Positions 1 to 6,085 of a DNA stretch of 24,000 nucleotides are shown here, piece by piece; the first letter of the stretch is position 1; the number at the start of each line of letters is the position of its first letter. Source of the DNA: Luteitalea sp. (GTDB lineage Bacteria; Acidobacteriota; Vicinamibacteria; Vicinamibacterales; Vicinamibacteraceae); NCBI GenBank assembly GCA_009377605.1, contig WHTT01000020.1:3394-27393 (forward strand), written 5' to 3'. Both the position numbers and the translations under genes were made by a program. The notes below the pieces were generated by a model that saw only the letters and a list, made by a program, of their open reading frames with translations, did no database searches and was not told the DNA's origin.

Positions 1-389
1 GGGATGCCCTTCTTGCGCTCCTCGTGCCAGTGCATGTGCGTGTTGACCATGCCAGGCATGACGTACTTGCCCGTGGCATCGATGATGGCATCCGGCTGCG
101 GGGGCGGCTTCTCATCATCCTCTCGGCGATCGGTCGGGTTGGACGACTGGATGCGCGTGATGAGCCCATCCTCGATGTGGATGTTGACCGGACCAAAAGG
201 CGGCTTGCCGCTTCCGTAGATGACCATGGCGTTGCGGATCAGCAGCCGCTTGTACTGTGCGGCATGCTTGGCAGTCGTGCTCGCAGAGCCGTCTTGGTCT
301 TGTGCCTTGGTGCTGGTCTGCAGCAGCCATGACGTGACTGCAAGAAATCCCCAGAGGAGCACCCATTGCGCGCGCCGACGTCGAGCCAT
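1..389 (-). CDS. Amidohydrolase-superfamily metal-dependent hydrolase, N-terminal part (gene runs off the left edge)
   Basis: Absent from the ORF track because there is no stop in the window. ATG at 389-387 is preceded by GGAGG (399-395). My translation is MARRRRAQWVLLWGFLAVTSWLLQ (signal-peptide-like) ...LLIRNAMVIYG...IHIEDGLITRI...IIDATGKYVMPGMVNTHMHW. That is the typical amidohydrolase N-domain plus the HxH metal motif. Confidence 0.8.
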   Translation of the reverse strand, partial: MARRRRAQWVLLWGFLAVTSWLLQTSTKAQDQDGSASTTAKHAAQYKRLLIRNAMVIYGSGKPPFGPVNIHIEDGLITRIQSSNPTDRREDDEKPPPQPDAIIDATGKYVMPGMVNTHMHWHEERKKGI

Positions 390-405
390 CGAAACCTCCA
401 GTTCA

Positions 406-545
406 GGTGCTTGGTCCTTGGTCCTTGGTGCGCCTGCGCCGTTGGTGCAGCATCGGTACCGGTCGGCGCCAGGCGTTTCGACGACAGCCCTGAGGCTCGT
501 CGCCCGCACCAAGCACCAAGCACCAAGGACCAAGAACCAAGGACC
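406..545. repeat. Two inverted arrays of heptamer tandem repeats flanking a ~75-nt spacer
   Basis: Left arm 406-431 reads GGTGC TTGGTCC TTGGTCC TTGGTGC. Right arm 506-545 reads GCACC AAGCACC AAGCACC AAGGACC AAGAACC AAGGACC. The arms are reverse complements in several registers. The last unit overlaps the SDR stop codon (545-547). Confidence 0.8.
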
Positions 546-1339
546 TACAACACACCCCGAATCATTCCACCATCGACCTGTAACGAGGCGCCGGTCGTAT
601 AGGCCGACGCGTTCGACAAGAGAAACACGGCAGCCAGAGCAAACTCCTCCGGGGCGCCGTAGCGTGCAAGTGGGATGGCCCGCTCGCTGCGGGCCCGTTG
701 CTCCTCGGCCGAGATGTTCGCCTCGCGGCTGCGCGTCTCGTCGAGCTCGCGGACGCGGTCGGTTTCAATGCGCCCTGGAAGCAAATGATTCACGCGGATG
801 CCTTGCGGCGCAAGCTCATTGGACAGCGTCTTGGCCAGCGCCGCCACGGACGCGCGCACGACATTGGATAGCGCCAGATTGGGAATCGGCTCCTTCACGG
901 CCGACGATGTCGACAAGACGATGCTGCCTCCCCCACGCGAGACCATGGTGGGCACGGTCACCCGCACCAGGCGGACGGCGCTCAAGAGCAGGAGCTCGAA
1001 TGCCATCTGCCACGCCTCATCGTCGACGCCGAGGGCCGTGCCCGACGGCGGGCCGCCCCCGTTTGCAAACAGCAGGTCGACGCCGCCGAAGCGACGAACC
1101 GTGGCGTCGTGCCATGCCGTGATGGCCGGGCCCGATCGAAGATCCGCCTCGACGGGAAGCACGGCGTCCGCCCCGGTCTCCGCTTCGAGCCTGTGCGCAG
1201 CTTCGCAGATGGCCTTCGAGCGCCGCGAGGCAATCGAGACGTGTGCTCCTTCCTGAAGCAGAGCCCGAGCGACCGCCAGTCCGAGCCCGCGGCTCGCGCC
1301 GCCGACCATCGCAACCTTACCCTTCAAGCCGAGATCCAT
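545..1339 (-). CDS. Short-chain dehydrogenase/reductase, BKR-like subgroup lacking the canonical YxxxK
   Basis: Start ATG 1339 (MDLGLKGKVAMVGGASRGLG...) has GGAAGGAG just upstream. Rossmann motif is GGASRGLG. The segment STSSAVKEPIPNLALSNVVRASVAALAKTL aligns to the SDR active-site region with Ser and Arg where Tyr and Lys are expected. The 418-aa track ORF (to 1801) is an upstream extension overlapping the DapA-like gene and is rejected. Confidence 0.85.
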   Translation of the reverse strand: MDLGLKGKVAMVGGASRGLGLAVARALLQEGAHVSIASRRSKAICEAAHRLEAETGADAVLPVEADLRSGPAITAWHDATVRRFGGVDLLFANGGGPPSGTALGVDDEAWQMAFELLLLSAVRLVRVTVPTMVSRGGGSIVLSTSSAVKEPIPNLALSNVVRASVAALAKTLSNELAPQGIRVNHLLPGRIETDRVRELDETRSREANISAEEQRARSERAIPLARYGAPEEFALAAVFLLSNASAYTTGASLQVDGGMIRGVL

Positions 1340-2232
1340 GAGGCTCCTTCCTGGGCCGCCGTCCATCGCAACAGGCGATCGAGGGCGACCAGGGTGGTGG
1401 AATCGAGTTGAGCGCCGGGCGCCCGCGTCGCCGCGTCGGCAATGGCACCTCGCCGGCGCAGGATCTCCTTGCGAATTGCCATTCCGATACCTTCTTGGAA
1501 CTCGAAGCGCATCAGCGGAACGAAGCGATAGAACACGTCGGCCGCCGTGTCGACATCGCCTGCCCGATAGAGCCGGACGATTTCCACGAGCGATTCCGGG
1601 TACGCAAACCCGGTCATCGCGCCCGCCGATCCTGCCAGCAGCTCCTCGAGCAGAAAGACGCCGCCGAGCCCACCGAAGATTGCCACACGTCCCTCCCCCG
1701 TCCGCTCCAGGATGCGGGTGATTTTGACGGGTGTCGGCGGATCCTCGAGCTTGATTGCTCGTACCGCTGGGACTTCCTCGGTGATCCGCGCCAGCAACCA
1801 CGGTTCCATGGCGTAGCCCGAGATGGGTGGATAGTCCTGGACAACGATCGGGATGTCCACCGCTTCGGCCAAAGCCACGTAATGACGCACGACCGCGTCA
1901 GAGTTGAGCTTCGGCATCCGCGGCGGGCTGACCATCACAGCCGCGGCCCCCGCCGCTTTGGCCGCGCGGCTGTACTCGATGCAGCTGCGCATCCCATCGG
2001 CAGTCGTGCCAACGACGATGGGAACGCGCCCATCGACCTGCGCCATGACGATGTCAGTTGCCAGATGGCGCTCGGCCTCCGAAAACCGTGCAACCTCGCT
2101 CGTCACGCCCAGCGCGGTGAGCCCATCCACACCGGCGGCGAGCGCCAGATCGACAACGCGGCGCAGTGATGCCTCGTCGATGTCGGCGCTTCGCGAGAAC
2201 GGGGTCGGCAGAACCGAGTAAACACCTTGCAC
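1324..2232 (-). CDS. Dihydrodipicolinate synthase/N-acetylneuraminate lyase (DapA) family class I aldolase or dehydratase
   Basis: 302-aa ORF. YSVLPTPF...D(x)ASLRRVVD...GVDGLTALGVTSE resembles the DapA-family N-terminus, and AIKLEDP holds the candidate Schiff-base Lys. GTG start at 2232 follows GAGGAGAGGAA. It overlaps the SDR start by 16 nt (coupled). Confidence 0.85.
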   Translation of the reverse strand: MQGVYSVLPTPFSRSADIDEASLRRVVDLALAAGVDGLTALGVTSEVARFSEAERHLATDIVMAQVDGRVPIVVGTTADGMRSCIEYSRAAKAAGAAAVMVSPPRMPKLNSDAVVRHYVALAEAVDIPIVVQDYPPISGYAMEPWLLARITEEVPAVRAIKLEDPPTPVKITRILERTGEGRVAIFGGLGGVFLLEELLAGSAGAMTGFAYPESLVEIVRLYRAGDVDTAADVFYRFVPLMRFEFQEGIGMAIRKEILRRRGAIADAATRAPGAQLDSTTLVALDRLLRWTAAQEGASWISA

Positions 2233-2251
2233 TTCCTCTCCTCTTCCTTGT

Positions 2252-2281
2252 TCCCTGATTCCCGAATCGTGAATCCCGAAG
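2252..2281. repeat. Degenerate octamer repeats TCCCTGAT / TCCCGAAT / TCCCGAAG
   Basis: Read directly, 20-50 nt upstream of the DapA-like start in the divergent intergenic region. Confidence 0.6.
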
Positions 2282-2384
2282 GACCTTACGAATCGCTACC
2301 CAGCACCGTCAAATGGATTCTGCTAATCGGCCCATCACCCGCCTTCGCTTGCCTCCGGCGAGCTACGGCGAGGCAAGCCCGTTT

Positions 2385-2436
2385 CCTCTTTCCCGTTTCC
2401 GGTTTCCCGAGTCCCGAATCCCGAACCCCAAATCCT
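2385..2436. repeat. Heptad-periodic C-tract repeats (TCCCGAA-like); G3N3-4 repeats on the minus strand
   Basis: The plus strand around 2392-2436 reads cccgtttccggtttcccgagtcccgaatcccgaaccccaaatcc, with C3-4 tracts at 2392, 2406, 2413, 2420 and 2426. Confidence 0.7.
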
Positions 2437-2450
2437 GACTGCACTGCACC

Positions 2451-2471
2451 GTGAACGATCACGATTGTGAT
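2451..2471. promoter_or_regulatory. Overlapping short palindromes GTGA-N4-TCAC-N4-GTGA(T): candidate operator upstream of the isomerase-family gene
   Basis: GTGAACGATCAC (2451-2462) and ATCACGATTGTGAT (2458-2471) lie 13 nt upstream of ATG 2484. The arms are short, so a chance match is possible. Confidence 0.3.
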
Positions 2472-2483
2472 AGCGTGTGCACG

Positions 2484-3908
2484 ATGACATCTGCCGTGGG
2501 CGAGCCTGTCACGATCGGCGTCATTGTCGGTAACCGCGGCTTCTTTCCGTCGCATCTCTGCTCGGCCGGCCGCCAGGAGATCCTAACCGCTTTGGAGGGA
2601 GCAGGCCTCGGGGTCGTGGCGCTGACGCCGGAAGCGACCCCCTTTGGCGCGGTCGAGAGCCTGGCGGACGCGCGTGCCTGCGCCGAGCTGTTCAAGACGC
2701 ACCGCGACCAGATCGACGGCGTCCTGGTCTCGTTGCCCAACTTCGGCGACGAGCGGGCCGTTGCCAACACGCTGCGTTGGGCGGGGCTCGACGTGCCGGT
2801 GCTCATCCACGCCTTCGCCGACGACAGTGAGCGGATGAGCATCCAGTTCCGCCGCGACAGCTTCTGCGGCAAGATGTCGGTCTGCAACAATCTGCGCCAG
2901 TACGGCATCCGCTACTCGCTCACGACCCGGCATACCGTCGTGCCGACCCACGCCTCCTTTCGGGAGGATCTGCAGCGGTTCGCCGCAACGTGCCGTGTCG
3001 TGCGCGCACTGAAGCGTGCGCGCATTGGTGCGATTGGTGCACGCCCGGCCGCCTTCAACACCGTGCGGTACAGCGAGAAGCTGTTCGAGCGCGCGGGCAT
3101 TTCGGTCGAGACACTTGATCTCTCGGAGCTGCTCGGTTGGATCAGGCGACTGGAAGACGAGGAGGCGGCGGTTCAGCAAAAGCTCGAAGGCATCCGCGCG
3201 TACACGCGTGTCGAAGGAATCCCCCCAGCGAGCCTCGTCAAGATGGCAAAGCTCGGCGTCGTCATTGATCGCTGGATGGCGGAGAAGGAGCTCACGGCGA
3301 CCGCCATCCAGTGCTGGACCGCGCTCGAAGAGTTCTACGGCGTCGTGCCGTGCACGCTGATGAGCATGATGTCGAGCTCGCTGCTTCCCAGCGCGTGCGA
3401 GACCGACATCGCCGGCCTGGTTGGCATGTACGTCCTACAGGCAGCCTCGCAGCAGCCAGCAGCGCTCCTCGATTGGAACAACAATTTCGGCGACGATCCC
3501 AACAAGGGTGTCGTCTTCCACTGTTCGAATCTGCCAAAGGCTTTCTTCAGCGACCAGCGCATGGACTATCAGGAGATCATTGCCGGCACCGTGGGCAAGG
3601 AGAACACGTTCGGCACGATTGTCGGCCGGATCGCACCAGGGCCGTTCACCTACTGTCGTGTGTCGACAGACGATCTCCGCGGCACGATCAGCTCGTATGT
3701 GGGTGAGGGGCGCTTCACGGAAGATAGGCTCGAGACCTTCGGCGGCTACGGCGTGATCGAGATCGCGGATTTCCAGCGCCTGTTGCGCTTCGTCTGCCAG
3801 CAGGGCTTCGAGCACCACGTGGCCGCCACGCGCGCTTCCACTGCCGGCGCCATCGAGGATGCATTCTCTACGTATCTCGGCTGGGAAGTTTATCGGCACG
3901 GCCCGTGA
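2484..3908 (+). CDS. L-fucose/L-arabinose isomerase family protein (COG2407-like)
   Basis: The track ORF is 2451-3908. The start is ATG 2484 (MTSAVGEPVTIGVIVGNRGFFP...) or GTG 2451. Length (~475 aa) and motifs such as GFFPSHL, FCGKMSVCNNL, VPCTLMSMM and VFHCSN match my recollection of the FucI-like family. Confidence 0.75.
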   Translation: MTSAVGEPVTIGVIVGNRGFFPSHLCSAGRQEILTALEGAGLGVVALTPEATPFGAVESLADARACAELFKTHRDQIDGVLVSLPNFGDERAVANTLRWAGLDVPVLIHAFADDSERMSIQFRRDSFCGKMSVCNNLRQYGIRYSLTTRHTVVPTHASFREDLQRFAATCRVVRALKRARIGAIGARPAAFNTVRYSEKLFERAGISVETLDLSELLGWIRRLEDEEAAVQQKLEGIRAYTRVEGIPPASLVKMAKLGVVIDRWMAEKELTATAIQCWTALEEFYGVVPCTLMSMMSSSLLPSACETDIAGLVGMYVLQAASQQPAALLDWNNNFGDDPNKGVVFHCSNLPKAFFSDQRMDYQEIIAGTVGKENTFGTIVGRIAPGPFTYCRVSTDDLRGTISSYVGEGRFTEDRLETFGGYGVIEIADFQRLLRFVCQQGFEHHVAATRASTAGAIEDAFSTYLGWEVYRHGP

Positions 3909-3910
3909 GG

Positions 3911-3938
3911 GGGGAAAAGGGGACAGGCCCCTTTCCCC
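3911..3938 (+). terminator. Stem-loop directly after the isomerase-family stop codon (member of the GGGGACAGSCCC hairpin family)
   Basis: GGGGAAAAGGGG-ACAGG-CCCCTTTCCCC gives an ~11-bp stem with one bulged A. It starts 3 nt after TGA 3906-3908 and is followed by TT. Confidence 0.6.
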
Positions 3939-4084
3939 TTCGCGCCCATCTGTGGAAGCGTGCTGCCACGTCCGCCAGCCCAGTGAGAAAAGTCATGTGC
4001 CCATAAGGGGCGAGACTTCTTATACTCAGCGCAATCATGAGAGCTCGTGTCTTCGTCGGTGGCGCGACGAACAGGAGAAGGTGC

Positions 4085-5560
4085 ATGCTTGTTCGTAGCT
4101 TGCTCATGCTGGCCGTGATGGCGTTTACGGCGCATCCCACGATGGCGCAGCACTACCAGAGTGATTTTCCTCCAGAGGAATTCAGGGCGCGCTGGCAGAA
4201 GGTGTTCGAGCGTATCGGTGAGAGCGCCGTCGCGGTGGTGCAGGGGATGCCGCAGACGGACGGATTCATCCTTCCACGGCAGTTCAACACGCTCTACTAC
4301 CTCTCTGGCATCGAGACGCCTGGTGCCTACATGCTGCTCGACGGGCGCACCAAGCAGGTCACGCTCTACCTCCCACCGCGCGACGAACGTCTCGAGCGCG
4401 CCGAGGGCAGGGTGCTCTCGGCAGACGATGCGGAGCTCGTGAGGCAGCTCACGGGAGTAGACGATGTGAAGCCGGTGGACGCCATGGCGGCCAATTGGCC
4501 AAGTGGGACCGTACCGCCCTCCAACCGACGGGAAGGCACGCCACCGGTTGCCCTCTACGCGGAGCTCAGCCCCGCCGAGGGCGCGGGACAGAGTCGGGGT
4601 GAGTTGATCTCCGCAGAGCTCGCGCGTGTCAACGACTTCTGGGACGCCGGCGTCTCACGACAACGTCGATTCGTCGAGCTCTTGCGGGCCCGTCATCCCC
4701 GCGTGGAAGTCAGGGATCTCAACGCTATCCTCGACGAGCTTCGCAGCATCAAGAGTGTCCGCGAGATCGCCTTGATCCGCCGCGCGTCGCAGCTGGCCGG
4801 CCTTGGTCTGATGGAAGCCATACGCAGTACCGAGCCGGGCGTCGCAGAGTACCAGCTCGACGCCGCCGCGCGGTACGTGTTCCTCGTCAACGATGCGCGT
4901 CTCGAAGCCTATCGATCGATCACGGCGAGCGGCACCGAGAATATCAACAACATGCATTACTTCCGCAACTCGGCGACGCTGAAGGACGGCGACCTGGTGT
5001 TGATGGACTATGCGCCCGATTATCGCTACTACGTGAGCGACATCGGCCGCGTCTGGCCGGTCAATGGAACCTACGCCCCGTGGCAGCGCGAGTTGCTGCA
5101 ATTCGTGCTCGAGTATCACAAGACGGTGCTGGCGCGCGTCCGGCCCGGTGTGACGCCCGCGCAGGTCATGGAAGAGGCGCGCAAGGCGATGGAGCCGGTC
5201 TTCGCGCGCACGACCTTCTCGAAGCCGATCTACGAGCAGGCAGCGCGGCGCCTCGTCGACACGGGTGGCGGCGTGTTCTCGCATACGGTCGGGATGGCGG
5301 TACACGACGTCGGCAGCTATCGCGACGGCTTGAAGCCTGGCCAGGTCTTCTCGGTCGATCCTCAGCTCCGCGTGCCCGAAGAGAATCTCTATCTACGCTA
5401 CGAAGACACCGTCGTCGTCACAGAAGATGGCGTCGAGAACTTCACCGACTTCCTGCCCATGGAGCTGGACGACATCGAAAAGCTCGTGCGGGAAGAAGGC
5501 ATCGTCCAAAAAGTGCCGCCAACGCCTCACGTTGATCAAGCACCTCCCTTGATCCCTTGA
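4085..5560 (+). CDS. Secreted Xaa-Pro aminopeptidase / aminopeptidase P family (peptidase M24B)
   Basis: ATG 4085 follows AGGAGAAGG. The signal peptide is MLVRSLLMLAVMAFTAHPTMAQ. M24 pita-bread motifs are present: LVLMDYAPDYRYYVSDIGRVWPVNG, HTVGMAVHDVG and LRYEDTVVVTEDG. The position aligned to the fourth metal ligand (E. coli PepP Glu383) reads SVDPQ, an Asp. Confidence 0.9.
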   Translation: MLVRSLLMLAVMAFTAHPTMAQHYQSDFPPEEFRARWQKVFERIGESAVAVVQGMPQTDGFILPRQFNTLYYLSGIETPGAYMLLDGRTKQVTLYLPPRDERLERAEGRVLSADDAELVRQLTGVDDVKPVDAMAANWPSGTVPPSNRREGTPPVALYAELSPAEGAGQSRGELISAELARVNDFWDAGVSRQRRFVELLRARHPRVEVRDLNAILDELRSIKSVREIALIRRASQLAGLGLMEAIRSTEPGVAEYQLDAAARYVFLVNDARLEAYRSITASGTENINNMHYFRNSATLKDGDLVLMDYAPDYRYYVSDIGRVWPVNGTYAPWQRELLQFVLEYHKTVLARVRPGVTPAQVMEEARKAMEPVFARTTFSKPIYEQAARRLVDTGGGVFSHTVGMAVHDVGSYRDGLKPGQVFSVDPQLRVPEENLYLRYEDTVVVTEDGVENFTDFLPMELDDIEKLVREEGIVQKVPPTPHVDQAPPLIP

Positions 5561-5985
5561 TCCTGATTCCTAGTCCATAGAGTCCCTCCAAGACGACTCA
5601 CTCTTGTGGCAAGAGGGCTCGCAGTCAAATGAGTTGTGCTGATGTACCGATCCATGCTCAGCCCGAGGTGTTGCGGACCCTCTTCGGCGAAGGTGGCCTC
5701 CGCGCTCTTGGCCAGAACGCGGGCGGCTCCTGTCGAAGACAAGAAGGTAAGGGTGCCCTCGCGGCTGCGTAGATCCTCGTAGACCTTCCATCTCTGGCCA
5801 CCCTGCTCGAGCTCGCAAATCAGTGTGTGGCCATCGATGCTGACAGGCGATGGGCCGTCAGTCCTACTGGCGGCCATCACCTGCGCGGCTGCTGTCACTG
5901 GAGCCGGCGTCTTGATTGCTGCAGCAGCTGCGGCGAGATTCTGCAAGAAGTGTCGACGGTCCATTGCACGTTCTTTTGCCGACAC
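5536..5985 (-). CDS. Hypothetical small protein with a twin-arginine (Tat) signal
   Basis: (MSAKERA)MDRRHFLQNLAAAAAAIKTPAPVTAAAQ has an RRxFL Tat motif plus an Ala-rich h-region. The start is GTG 5985 or ATG 5964. Codon usage is atypical (many A/T-ending codons) and local GC is lower. The C-terminal 30 aa run through the octamer repeats and overlap the pepP-like 3' end by 25 nt. It may be a remnant or a foreign gene. Confidence 0.45.
   Translation of the reverse strand: MSAKERAMDRRHFLQNLAAAAAAIKTPAPVTAAAQVMAASRTDGPSPVSIDGHTLICELEQGGQRWKVYEDLRSREGTLTFLSSTGAARVLAKSAEATFAEEGPQHLGLSMDRYISTTHLTASPLATRVSRLGGTLWTRNQDQGIKGGA
5545..5573. repeat. Octamer tandem repeats TCCCTTGA TCCCTTGA TCCTGA TTCCTAG
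   Basis: Read directly. The array spans the pepP-like stop codon (5558-5560) and the 3' end of the convergent minus-strand ORF. Confidence 0.7.
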
Positions 5986-6085
5986 TCTCCGTGGCGCCGC
6001 CGCCTCCGGTCAAGAGAATTGCAGTAATGACCCGATAAGCCTTGCGATCTATGGGCTCGAGCTTCCGCCCTCGCCCTTCGCGCGC

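Noticed and set aside
406-545. Possibility that the short tandem repeats (here and at 2252-2436, 5545-5573, 10593-10620) are CRISPR arrays
   Set aside because: The units are only 7-8 nt, are directly abutting with no spacers, and no cas genes are present.
220-1122. 300-aa plus-strand ORF across the amidohydrolase/SDR region (and 5825-6802, 13271-14335, 12303-13271 on the plus strand)
   Set aside because: These are Arg/Pro/Ala-rich antisense translations of confidently assigned minus-strand genes.
545-1801. 418-aa version of the SDR ORF with a 154-aa N-terminal extension
   Set aside because: The extension is Arg/Gly-rich, lies entirely inside the DapA-family gene in another frame, and precedes a well-placed ATG (1339) with a GGAAGGAG ribosome-binding site.
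2347-2378. Hairpin GCTTGCCTC-N14-GAGGCAAGC in the divergent intergenic region as a terminator
   Set aside because: No gene ends nearby on either strand, and there is no convincing U-tract. It may be regulatory, but I cannot support a specific call.
4019-4024. TATACT as a -10 box for the aminopeptidase gene
   Set aside because: There is no acceptable -35 element at 16-19 bp spacing, so the evidence is too weak to annotate.
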